NCBI GenBank assembly: GCA_963600315.1
Contig: CAVCAW010000029.1
Coordinates: forward strand, 7,919-71,918
Reading direction: 5' to 3'
Length of the DNA: 64,000 bases
Source of the DNA: Bacteroidaceae bacterium
Lineage (GTDB): Bacteria > Bacteroidota > Bacteroidia > Bacteroidales > Bacteroidaceae
Both the position numbers and the translations under genes were made by a program. Below, one piece after another: positions 1 to 8,348 of this stretch; within the stretch, counting starts at the first letter, position 1; each line of letters starts with the position of its first letter. The notes below the pieces were generated by a model, which saw only the letters and a list, made by a program, of their open reading frames with translations, had not been told where the DNA came from and searched no databases.

Positions 1-1627
1 ACTGGCAGGTGGGCACCCAACCACAGGTGGCACACTCCAGCACGGGCGCATAGCCTCGCCTGTTTTGAAACAAGATGACCTGTTCGCCCACCTCCAGTGC
101 CTTGCGCATCTCCTCCTCGAGCTGCGGCGAGAATGGGGGTGTCATCATCTTGCGCTTCATGAGGTCTCTCACATCTGCCACGTTTATCTGAGGCAATAAC
201 ATGTCGCCAAACCGTTTGTCAAGGCGCACGTAGCCATATTTGCCATGCTCCGCATTGTAGAAGCTCTCCACCGAGGGGGTAGCAGAGCCGAGCAGCACCT
301 TGGCTCCGTGCAGGCGAGCCAGCACCATGGCGGTGTTTCTGCCGTTGTAGCGCGGTGCGGGGTCTTGCTGCTTGAAGCTCGTTTCGTGTTCCTCGTCTAC
401 TATCACGAGTCCGAGGTTGCGCTGTGGCAAGAAGAGTGCCGAACGGGCTCCCAGAATGATGTCATAAGGTTTGTCGCCCAGTTGCTTCCGCCACACCTCC
501 ACTCTCTCTGCGTCAGGGAGCTTGGAATGACTCACTCCCAGCTTGTCACCAAACACGCGTTGCAGACGTTTGGTAATCTGGGTGGTCAGGGCTATTTCGG
601 GCAGCATGTAAAGTACTCGCTTACCCTGAGCGAGACACTGCTTCATGAGCTGGATATAGATTTCGGTCTTGCCGCTCGACGTGACTCCGTGTAGCAGACA
701 CACGTCTTTTTCGACAAAGGCCTTGACTATGCTGTCGTGAGCTTCCTGTTGCGCCAGCGAGAGGGTTATCTTGTCGTTCACACTACCGCTGAAGGCGCGC
801 AGGCGTTTTACTTCGAAATCATAGAGTTCCACCACTCCTTTGGCTTTGAGCCCCAACAGAGCAGAGGAAGCGCCTCCCGTTTCTTTGAGCAGCTCAGTCC
901 TACTCACTTCGCGCAACAACTGGGGATTTTTCAGTTTCAAGGCAGCGCTCACTCCTGCCATCTCCACGAGTTTGGCTACTATGGCTTGGCGGCGTGGTGT
1001 TTTGACAAGCGACTTGAGGAGTTCGTCGAGTGCCTCTGCATTCATGTAGTTGCGGCAGAGCCTCACGTGTACTTCCTTCTTGGGCTTGTAGGTCTTCTCC
1101 AGTGTCTCGCTCACCTCCACAACTCCCTTGTCCATCAGCGACCTCACGCTGCGCATCAGTCCGCTCTTGACCACGGATTTCTGCAATTGGGCTATGGTGG
1201 TGCTCTTGCCGCTGCTTAGCAGGTCGACTATTGCGGCTTCGGCTTTTGACAGTTTGTCGAAGTCTTCGAATCCCTCTACAAGCCTCACGGTCGTTTCGCT
1301 GGCGAGTTTCATGCCGCCAGGCAGGGCAGCTTTCATCACGTCGCCCACCGAACACATATAGTAGTCCGCTATCCACTGCCACAGGCGCAGTTCGGTGCGC
1401 CCCACCACTGGAGCTTGGTCGAGCACGTCTGCCACCTGCCTTATCTTGAAGTCACCGGCAGGAGGTTCATCGCTCAGTGCCGCCACGATGCCAGTGTAGA
1501 GTTTGTCAGTACCAAAGGGCACCACTACCCTGCAGCCGACTGCCACACGGCTGCCGGCCTCTTCGCTCAAGGCATAAGTAAACATGCCCTTCACAGGTAC
1601 GGGCAATATCACCGACACGTAGGTCAT
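1..1627 (-). CDS. priA: Primosomal protein N' (PriA replication-restart helicase), N-terminal ~542 codons; the gene runs off the window start
   Basis: Absent from the ORF track because it has no stop in the window. Manual minus-strand translation from the ATG at 1627 gives MTYVSVILPVPVKGMFTYALSEEAGSRVAVGCRVVVPFG... In-frame Walker A LLHGVTSSGKTEIYIQLM (rc of ~644-697), DEEH box LVIVDEEH (rc of 386-409), and Cys-rich zinc-binding segment at the window edge. Confidence 0.85.
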   Translation of the reverse strand, partial: MTYVSVILPVPVKGMFTYALSEEAGSRVAVGCRVVVPFGTDKLYTGIVAALSDEPPAGDFKIRQVADVLDQAPVVGRTELRLWQWIADYYMCSVGDVMKAALPGGMKLASETTVRLVEGFEDFDKLSKAEAAIVDLLSSGKSTTIAQLQKSVVKSGLMRSVRSLMDKGVVEVSETLEKTYKPKKEVHVRLCRNYMNAEALDELLKSLVKTPRRQAIVAKLVEMAGVSAALKLKNPQLLREVSRTELLKETGGASSALLGLKAKGVVELYDFEVKRLRAFSGSVNDKITLSLAQQEAHDSIVKAFVEKDVCLLHGVTSSGKTEIYIQLMKQCLAQGKRVLYMLPEIALTTQITKRLQRVFGDKLGVSHSKLPDAERVEVWRKQLGDKPYDIILGARSALFLPQRNLGLVIVDEEHETSFKQQDPAPRYNGRNTAMVLARLHGAKVLLGSATPSVESFYNAEHGKYGYVRLDKRFGDMLLPQINVADVRDLMKRKMMTPPFSPQLEEEMRKALEVGEQVILFQNRRGYAPVLECATCGWVPTCQ

Positions 1628-1636
1628 TTGATGCGG

Positions 1637-2188
1637 CTATTCTCCCGACGGATTGATGAGAGTGTCAGGGTTCTCGTCGGTGAACCACTTGGAGTACATC
1701 AGGTAGTGCGACGCAATGCCCTTGTTGAGCTCCCTGGCTTGGTCGGGGTCTACCTTCTTTATGAACTTGGCAGGCACACCGCCCCATAGTTCTCCAGCAC
1801 CCACCTGGGTGTTTTTGAGCACCAGTGCGCCGGCAGCCACTATGGCTCCCTCGCCTATGCTGCAGTCGTCGAGCAGCGTGGCTCCCATACCTATCAGTGC
1901 GCCGCTGGCTATCTTAGCGCCGTGTACGGTCACATTGTGGCCTATGGTCACGTCGTCGCCTATCTCTATGGCGGCTTTCTTATAGAGGGTGTGCAGACAC
2001 GACCCGTCTTGCACGTTGACTCTGTTGCCCATCTTTATGTAGTTGACATCGCCGCGTACTACGGCGTTAAACCAGATGCTGCAGTTGTCGCCCATCTCCA
2101 CTTCGCCTATCACCGTGGCGTTTTCGGAGAGGTAACAGTCCTTGCCAAATTTAGGGGTCTTTCCTTGTATTGTCTTAATGAGTGCCAT
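1637..2188 (-). CDS. Gamma-class carbonic anhydrase-like / left-handed beta-helix (hexapeptide repeat) family protein
   Basis: 183-aa ORF with repeated hexapeptide pattern and YrdA/PaaY-like blocks (IWFNAVVRGDVNYIKMGNRVNVQDGSCLH, VTIGHNVTVHGAKI, LIGMGATLLD, GGVPAKFIKK). Confidence 0.85.
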   Translation of the reverse strand: MALIKTIQGKTPKFGKDCYLSENATVIGEVEMGDNCSIWFNAVVRGDVNYIKMGNRVNVQDGSCLHTLYKKAAIEIGDDVTIGHNVTVHGAKIASGALIGMGATLLDDCSIGEGAIVAAGALVLKNTQVGAGELWGGVPAKFIKKVDPDQARELNKGIASHYLMYSKWFTDENPDTLINPSGE

Positions 2189-2227
2189 GTCTTATGTAGT
2201 TGTGTGTGTATGGTGTTTCGGTAGATA

Positions 2228-4045
2228 TCAGTCTTGCGGCAGCGGAGCACATGCCTTCTGCAGCCATGCGCAGTCTGCCTCGTCGTTGAGAAGTGGCAGC
2301 AGAGTGTCGGCTACCGTCTTGTGATAGTCGTTGAGCCACGCCGTCTCAGTGGGTGTCATCATCGTGGTGTCGATCAGTCGTGTGTCGATGGGGCATAGGG
2401 TGAGTGGTTCAAAGCCCACAAACTTGCCAAACTCGGTCTCCTGGTGCGCCACGCAGAGCAGCACATTCTCTATGCGCACACCAAAGCGTCCCTCCAGATA
2501 GAGTCCTGGTTCGTCGGTCACGGTCATGCCTTCCACTATGGGCGCCGGCATATAGTTCATGCGTATCTGGTGAGGACCCTCGTGCACATTGAGGTGAGCG
2601 CCCACACCGTGACCTGTGCCGTGGCCGAAGTTATAGCCCTCCTGCCACATAGCGTAGCGCGCTGCGAGGTCGAGTTGTGTGCCGCTGGCTCCGCTCGGAA
2701 ATTTCAGGCGGCTCAGGGCTATGTGTCCCTTGAGCACCAGCGTGTATACCTTCTTCTGCTCTGGGGTAGCCTCGCCGCCCAGCAGCATGGTGCGAGTGAT
2801 GTCGGTGGTGCCACAGGTGTATTGTGCCCCAGTGTCCACCAGCAGTATTCCCTCTGCCTTGAGAGGCACGTCGGTCTCGGGTGTCGGTTCGTAGTGTACT
2901 ATCGCTCCGTGGGCATTGTAGGCGGAGATGGTGTCGAAGCTGAGTCCCTCGAAGTCGCCGTAGGCTTGGCGCAGCGACGTCAGTTTGCGGTCTACCGACA
3001 ATTCGGTCTCACCACCCTGGGGCACTGCCTCCTGCAACCACCTCAGCCACTTCACCAGTGCCACACCGTCTTGCAGCATGGCTTGCTTCATACCTCTCGC
3101 TTCAGCCTCGTTCTTCACTGCTTTCATAGCGGCTATCGGAGAGTCAGCCACCACGCACTGGTCTTCAGGCTCATCGCAGATCACAGCTGCGTCGAGTCGC
3201 AATGCCGCCAATGCCACATTGGTGAGCGGCGAGAGCATCACTGTTCCCTCTGCCTTGGCAAGCGAGGCTGTCACCATGTCGTAGGGATAGACACTTACTT
3301 TGTTACCATCAAGATATGCCTTGATCTCACTGCTTATCTTACTGCTGTCGCAATAGAGGGCTGTCTCCTTGCGGCTCACAATGCAGTAAGCCACAAATAC
3401 GGGATTGCAGTGCACGTCGCCACCACGCAGGTTGAGCAACCATGCCACTTCGTCGAGCTGACTGACGAGGATACTGCTGCACCCCTTGCTCTCTACGGCG
3501 TCCATCAGCCTCGCCACCTTGCTGCCAACGGTCTCGCCAGCCCACTCCAAAGGCTGTATCGCCACGGGCACACACGGCAACGGCGGTCTGCCGTCAGTCC
3601 ACAAGTCATCGGCAGCACTGTAGTCCGCCACAAGCTCAATGCCGCTCTCCGCCAGTTCGTCTTGCAGAGCGGTCGCCTCCCCATAGGTCACCAGATTGCC
3701 GTCAATGCCCACGCAGTCCTTAGTACTAAGTTGGGCGGCGAGCCACAGGGCTATCGACGGAGTGCCCTCCACTCTCTCCTTCATAAGTTCAAAGGGAGTG
3801 TCCTTCAGTGCTTCGGCAGCGGCTATGAAGTAGCGGGAGTCGGTCCACAGGGCAGCAGCGTCGAGCGTCACTACCGCCGTGCCGGCACTGCCTTCAAATC
3901 CGCTTATCCACTGGCGACACTGCCAGTGGTCGGGTATGTATTCACCCGCATGGGGGTCGGTCGACGTGAATACGTAGGCTGACAGCCCTTTCTGCTTCAT
4001 CCATTGGCGCAATGCTGCCACTCGGTCTGCGATGTCCTGTTTCAT
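2228..4045 (-). CDS. Aminopeptidase P family (M24B Xaa-Pro aminopeptidase) protein
   Basis: The tracked ORF extends to 4351, but a plausible start is the ATG at 4045 (MKQDIADRVAALRQWMKQKGLSAYVF...). Creatinase-like N-terminal region plus M24 pita-bread motifs (DTGAQY, GHGTGHGVGAHLNVHEGP, TDEPGLY, IENV). The upstream 306 nt read through a non-coding repeat array. Confidence 0.9.
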   Translation of the reverse strand: MKQDIADRVAALRQWMKQKGLSAYVFTSTDPHAGEYIPDHWQCRQWISGFEGSAGTAVVTLDAAALWTDSRYFIAAAEALKDTPFELMKERVEGTPSIALWLAAQLSTKDCVGIDGNLVTYGEATALQDELAESGIELVADYSAADDLWTDGRPPLPCVPVAIQPLEWAGETVGSKVARLMDAVESKGCSSILVSQLDEVAWLLNLRGGDVHCNPVFVAYCIVSRKETALYCDSSKISSEIKAYLDGNKVSVYPYDMVTASLAKAEGTVMLSPLTNVALAALRLDAAVICDEPEDQCVVADSPIAAMKAVKNEAEARGMKQAMLQDGVALVKWLRWLQEAVPQGGETELSVDRKLTSLRQAYGDFEGLSFDTISAYNAHGAIVHYEPTPETDVPLKAEGILLVDTGAQYTCGTTDITRTMLLGGEATPEQKKVYTLVLKGHIALSRLKFPSGASGTQLDLAARYAMWQEGYNFGHGTGHGVGAHLNVHEGPHQIRMNYMPAPIVEGMTVTDEPGLYLEGRFGVRIENVLLCVAHQETEFGKFVGFEPLTLCPIDTRLIDTTMMTPTETAWLNDYHKTVADTLLPLLNDEADCAWLQKACAPLPQD

Positions 4046-4104
4046 GTGTGTATGTCTTGTTTTTGTATTTCGGTTTGTGGCAAGCCACACTGACTTGCCA
4101 AAGG

Positions 4105-4112
4105 CAAAGTTA
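4105..4112 (-). promoter_or_regulatory. Candidate Bacteroides-type -7 promoter box (TAACTTTG on minus strand) for the aminopeptidase gene
   Basis: Exact match to TAnnTTTG, about 60 nt upstream of the ATG at 4045. Confidence 0.45.
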
Positions 4113-4226
4113 CTAAGTCCGCACCGTATTGCACCACCCACAGCCACAAAAAATCTTTCAGCGTCAGCCCAGCGTGATGCCACATGGCGGTTGCAACATC
4201 TGCCGTGCTTTAAACGCACAGCAACC

Positions 4227-4345
4227 TTTCCGCCGAAATTTTTGTTGTCGTCGTTTGGGAATTTCCGCGGAAATTGAATTGCGTTTCGGGGGAAATTGAT
4301 ATCCGTTTCAGCCGAAATTTTCATCAATTTCCGCGGAAACGCAAT
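4227..4345. repeat. Phased 22-bp repeat array, copy 1 (cores TTTCSGSSGAAA)
   Basis: Cores TTTCCGCGGAAA (4262), TTTCGGGGGAAA (4284), TTTCAGCCGAAA (4306) and TTTCCGCGGAAA (4328) start exactly 22 nt apart. An extra core TTTCCGCCGAAA sits at 4227, 35 nt upstream. Related arrays occur at 40521-40608 and 52761-52849. Confidence 0.9.
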
Positions 4346-4400
4346 TTTCAAATGGGCATTACATTGTTGAATGATGAAGATTTTTCTTGACCATGAGTTG

Positions 4401-4480
4401 TTCTAAGTGCCGAAAATGTGTATCTCTGCACGAAAGATGTACCAAAAATGTGAGCAATCACACATTTTCGGAACTTAGAA
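4401..4480. repeat. 21-bp inverted repeat (one mismatch) with a 38-bp spacer
   Basis: Left arm ttctaagtgccgaaaatgtgt (4401-4421). Right arm acacattttcggaacttagaa (4460-4480), which is the reverse complement except for one base. The AAAATGTG word recurs in the spacer. Confidence 0.8.
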
Positions 4481-5548
4481 TAAATTCAACCACACCGACG
4501 CATTAAATAAAGGAGATAGGAACATGTTCAACAGAAGCATAATGAAAGAATTAGAGGTGTGATTAGACGACAAGATGGCAAACACCCCACTCTTCCTTGC
4601 CGACCGTACTAAGGTAGTGATTCAAGGGTGCTGACTTGTCATGGGGCATCGCAGGCCAGCATGAGCGTTGGGGCGGTCCGTAAAAACATTTGGGGAGTTT
4701 CGAAAGGGCACCAGGGTGTGTTGAGCGGGTAATTGTATGCAAAAACGACGCAAACTTGACATATTTTTTGCGTTTTCATGCAATTTATCACGATTTTACT
4801 TGTTCTATTCGGGGAAAGCGGTACATTTGCAGCATAATAGCGGAGTTTTGAAAACCGGATTGTATGATTTGGATTTTATTCTCAGTTTTTGCAATTTGCG
4901 TGATTGTCCACGACAAAGCTATGGGTCGTGCCGGGCACGGCGAGTGTGACTATAGCGACAGGGGATATTGGCTGCTCAACAGCGAGAAGTGCCCCAATGA
5001 TGCCGGAAGGTTCTACAGAGACAACGGAAGGGAATGTGATTGCAATGGATGGTATTGCAATCACAACGAAAGACATTTCGACAGCAAGACAGCCTTTCCA
5101 CTTAATGTTGCTTCGTGTGGCAATGAGGTGAGCCCATTCTACGGGGGCATTTTTTACCACTTTGTCGGCATCTTCTCTTACCTTATTATATTAGTGAGGC
5201 GATGCTTGGCTATACCCACAACGCAGTTTATCCACCTGGGGGGGGTAAAATTTCAACAAACAAGACTATTGTTTCAGCGAACGGAGAGACTGTCTTGGCG
5301 AACGAGGACAACGAGGACGTGCGAGAGTCTTTCGACAGCATTGTTATACACTCCAGCGCAGCTGCCAGACACAGAAACACGCAGGCAGAACACGGCAAAT
5401 CATCTAAATTTACTAAAAATGGCATTATTGCGCTGCGGCCTTTATGTTTTTGCTCCCTGATTTTTGTAAACCGAAACTTCACTGATTTTGTAGCAGTTAT
5501 ACGCTCTTTTTTTAACAAAAAGCTTTTTGCCGTATAAGGAATTAGCAG

Positions 5549-5556
5549 TAATTTTG
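5549..5556 (+). promoter_or_regulatory. Candidate -7 promoter box (TAATTTTG) for the pilus operon
   Basis: Exact TAnnTTTG, 47 nt upstream of the ATG at 5603. Confidence 0.45.
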
Positions 5557-5602
5557 CAGCTCGTTTCAGGAAGTATACATAAATATTGAGATTTTGAATA
5601 AC

Positions 5603-7078
5603 ATGATTCGCTTTCTGTTTTTGATAGTATCACTGTTTGCCTTGAGTGGCAGCTACGCTGTGCCTTACGCAGCGCTACACGACAGCAAGCACCCCTACAT
5701 AGTGATAGCTGACGAAGATTCGCTTGACGATGAGATTCTTATCAGCGACTCGCTGTTCTACAAGATATCCAAACGGATACAGTTCCCAGTCAACAAATTC
5801 GTCATTCCGAAGGACTCGCCGCTGCGTCGCGAAATCCAAAACGAGATAATGCCCTACTCTAAAGGCGATTATACGCTGGAGGCTGTGATGCTGCGCGGTG
5901 CTGCTTCGCCCGACGGCCCCTATGAGTGGAACAAGACGCTGAGCCAGCTGCGCACCAAGTCGTTGCTCGACATCATACGTGGCAGCGTAGGCCACCATAT
6001 CGACAGTTGCCTCACGGTCAACGAAGTGCCCGAGGACTACCTCTGCCTCATCATGCTGATGAAGGAGCGTGGCGACAAGGACTGCGACCGCGTGACTGAG
6101 GTGGTGAACAAGTATATCTCTACCGACCAGGCACGACTCAAGAGGACGCTCATGGCTATGGACAACAAGCGATTGTGGACACGGCTCAGCAGGGAGTATT
6201 TCCCCAAGATGCGTGCCGCACGCGTGGTGTTGGTGTTCAGGAAGCACCGCAAGCCCGAACCACCCAAACCCATGGAGACACCCACGGTGGTAGTACCGCA
6301 GCCCGAAGAGAAGGTAGAGGTGACCGATTCGGTAACGCAAACAACAGTAGAGGAAGACACTACAGACTATGTAGTGCCTGCCGAACTGCTCCCGTCATTT
6401 ATGCCGCGCCGCGAACTGCTGTCGGTGAAGACAAACCTGCTGTTTGACTTTGCCTACGTGCCGGGCTACAACCGCTGGTGCCCGATACCCAATATAGCAG
6501 TGGAATACTACCCGCTCCACGGCCACTTCACCTATGGCGCATCGCTCGACTTTCCGTGGTGGCAGCACTACAGCCAGCACAAATATTTCCAGATACGCAA
6601 CTACCAGTTTGAGACACGCTACTACCTGCGCAACGGCGGTGTAGAACACACTGGCATCGGCAAGGGGGTAGCCTACAAAGGGCTCTACCTGCAGGGCTAT
6701 GTCAACCTGGCTCTCTACGGCATCTGCTTCGACAAGAACCGTGGCTGGGAAGGCGAAGGCGCAGGAGCCGGCGTGGGCATCGGCTACGTGTTGCCACTGG
6801 GCAAGAAGAGCCGCTGGCGCCTCGAAATGGGGGCACAGTTTGGAGTATTCTTCACCAAGTATGACCCCTACCAGTGGCAGAGTGTACTCTTCCCGGAGAG
6901 GCAGGACAAACTCTACTACTACAAGTGGAACAACTGGGGTAATTTCTTCCACAAGCGCCGCCACAGTTTCACGTGGGCGGGCCCTACACGCATCGGACTG
7001 ACTCTTAGCTACGACCTGCTCTACCGCCGCATAGCCAAGAAGGGTGCCAGCTTCAAAAGTAAGGAGGTACAGAAATGA
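5603..7078 (+). CDS. DUF3575-type outer-membrane beta-barrel protein (first gene of Bacteroidales fimbrial operons)
   Basis: The tracked ORF starts at TTG 5594; the ATG at 5603 gives MIRFLFLIVSLFALSGSYA (signal peptide). The N-terminal half has an OmpA-like block (LRGAASPDGPYEWNKTLSQLR). The C-terminal half has DUF3575-like strands (LSVKTNLLFDFAYVPGYN...PNIAVEYYP). Its stop overlaps the next start (ATGA at 7075-7078). Confidence 0.8.
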   Translation: MIRFLFLIVSLFALSGSYAVPYAALHDSKHPYIVIADEDSLDDEILISDSLFYKISKRIQFPVNKFVIPKDSPLRREIQNEIMPYSKGDYTLEAVMLRGAASPDGPYEWNKTLSQLRTKSLLDIIRGSVGHHIDSCLTVNEVPEDYLCLIMLMKERGDKDCDRVTEVVNKYISTDQARLKRTLMAMDNKRLWTRLSREYFPKMRAARVVLVFRKHRKPEPPKPMETPTVVVPQPEEKVEVTDSVTQTTVEEDTTDYVVPAELLPSFMPRRELLSVKTNLLFDFAYVPGYNRWCPIPNIAVEYYPLHGHFTYGASLDFPWWQHYSQHKYFQIRNYQFETRYYLRNGGVEHTGIGKGVAYKGLYLQGYVNLALYGICFDKNRGWEGEGAGAGVGIGYVLPLGKKSRWRLEMGAQFGVFFTKYDPYQWQSVLFPERQDKLYYYKWNNWGNFFHKRRHSFTWAGPTRIGLTLSYDLLYRRIAKKGASFKSKEVQK

Positions 7079-8238
7079 GAACAACACTGACCAGATGCCT
7101 ATGGCAGGCAGCAGCACTGGTGGGCCTGTGCACTGCGCTGACGAGTTGCGAGCGCAAGCCCGACCTGCACCTCGACTACAATGACGATGTAGTGATTGAT
7201 ATGCCTATGGTAGAACTGGAACTCGACGTATTCTGGAACTACGAGACCGAGGTAGGCGGCACCTACGACTGGAAGGGTGAATGGTACTATGGCTGGGACG
7301 ACGAAGACAAGGAGCTCTTCGGCGAGATAGGCTACACCAAGCCCTCCACCTTCCAGATACGCCGTTACTACACGGGCGATGAGCCCTATGCAGCCCACAC
7401 CAACGTGCTGGAGGCAATCATCTATGGCTACACCTACACCGGTGCCTTCAACTGGGGCTACTGGGACTTGCTGACATGGAACGAAGTGCAATCGCTCGAC
7501 GGTGTGCAGAGTTTGCGCTTCGACGAGCAGACCACACTCGAACACGTCACCGCCTACACGGGCCAGACGATGAACACCGTGCGCTACCAGGCACCCAAAT
7601 ACACCCACTCCTTCTACCAGCCCGAGGCTCTCTTCAGCGCCTACAAACAGGCCATAGAAATCAACAGAAACCTCGACGGCTTCGTCTACGACAAGGACCG
7701 CAATATGTGGGTCAAGAAACTGGAGATGCTACTAACGCCAATATCCTATATCTATCTGACCCAGGTGATAATCCATCACAACAACGGCAAGATAACGGGA
7801 GTGGACGGCAACGGCAACCTGTCGGGCATGGCGCGCAGCGTCAACGTCAACACGGGTGTGGCTGGCGAAGACGAGATTACAGTGCACTACTACGTGCGCT
7901 TCAAGAAGGGCTGCGACATGAAAGGCGAGAGCGTAGACATAGCTGGCGGACGACTCATGTCGTTTGGCATCTGCAACCTCAACGGTAACAAGGCTACCGA
8001 CTCCCCTACCAGCGGGGCACGCCACTATATGGACGTCAATATGCAGTTCAGCAACGGCATGGACTCCACCTTCGTCTTTGACGTGACCGACCAGGTGCGC
8101 AAACGCTATAAGGGAGGTGTCATCACCGTGGAGCTCAATGCCGACACCATCGATATGCCCAAGCGCAAGGGCGGTTCGGGCTTCGATGCCGTGGTCAAAG
8201 ACTTTGAGGACGGAGGCACACACGAATTTGAGATGTAG
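7075..8238 (+). CDS. FimB/Mfa2-family (DUF5119-like) fimbrial anchor/terminator lipoprotein
   Basis: Lipoprotein signal (LVGLCTALTSCERKPD). The W/Y-rich N-terminal region (VFWNYETEVGGTYDWKGEWYYGWDDED) and length are typical of the gene that follows DUF3575 in type V pilus loci. Translationally coupled to the upstream gene. Confidence 0.7.
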   Translation: MRTTLTRCLWQAAALVGLCTALTSCERKPDLHLDYNDDVVIDMPMVELELDVFWNYETEVGGTYDWKGEWYYGWDDEDKELFGEIGYTKPSTFQIRRYYTGDEPYAAHTNVLEAIIYGYTYTGAFNWGYWDLLTWNEVQSLDGVQSLRFDEQTTLEHVTAYTGQTMNTVRYQAPKYTHSFYQPEALFSAYKQAIEINRNLDGFVYDKDRNMWVKKLEMLLTPISYIYLTQVIIHHNNGKITGVDGNGNLSGMARSVNVNTGVAGEDEITVHYYVRFKKGCDMKGESVDIAGGRLMSFGICNLNGNKATDSPTSGARHYMDVNMQFSNGMDSTFVFDVTDQVRKRYKGGVITVELNADTIDMPKRKGGSGFDAVVKDFEDGGTHEFEM

Positions 8239-8291
8239 CATAAAAAGTCACTCCGCAGACAGACAGAGAGACAATGGCATGAACATAAGAG

Positions 8292-8320
8292 AAAAAAAAA
8301 CAACTTAAAAAAAACAACTT
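8292..8320 (+). repeat. Tandem A-tract repeat A9-CAACTT / A8-CAACTT just upstream of the first fimbrillin gene
   Basis: Read directly: aaaaaaaaacaactt aaaaaaaacaactt, 29 nt before the ATG at 8349. Confidence 0.9.
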
Positions 8321-8348
8321 AATATTAACTAACCAAAACACTCAACAC

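Noticed and set aside
2444-3982. 512-aa plus-strand ORF
   Set aside because: It is antisense to the well-supported aminopeptidase P gene. Its composition is His/Arg/Val/Gly-rich with no motif, the typical shadow ORF of a GC-rich gene.
4227-4345. Possibility that the phased arrays (also 40521-40608 and 52761-52849) are miniature CRISPR arrays
   Set aside because: The period is only 22 bp, with 12-nt cores and ~10-nt related (not unique) spacers. There are only four units per array and no cas genes or leader. The arrays do not fit CRISPR architecture.
4046-4351. 102-codon N-terminal extension of the aminopeptidase ORF
   Set aside because: It is the translation of the 22-bp repeat array and of the promoter region (a -7 box lies at 4105-4112). 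The family-typical N-terminus begins at the ATG at 4045.
4524-4562. Mini-ORF MFNRSIMKELEV, a possible relic of an AAA-ATPase N-terminus
   Set aside because: It has only 12 codons before a stop. The resemblance is a loose pattern match and the downstream frames are broken, so it cannot be supported as a gene or pseudogene without a database search.
4864-5460. 198-aa ORF (and the overlapping ORFs 4882-5160, 5202-5537 and 5228-5518) as a confident CDS
   Set aside because: It has no recognisable family, lies in an AT-richer region with several competing ORFs, and has a junk-like C-terminal half after the G8 tract. I kept it only as a finding (possible phase-variable or decayed gene).
4352-5602. 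Invertible-promoter (fimbrial phase-variation shufflon) upstream of the pilus operon
   Set aside because: I looked for long inverted repeats bracketing the candidate promoter. The only inverted repeat is 21 bp with a 38-bp spacer, far from the -7 box, and no site-specific recombinase gene is nearby.
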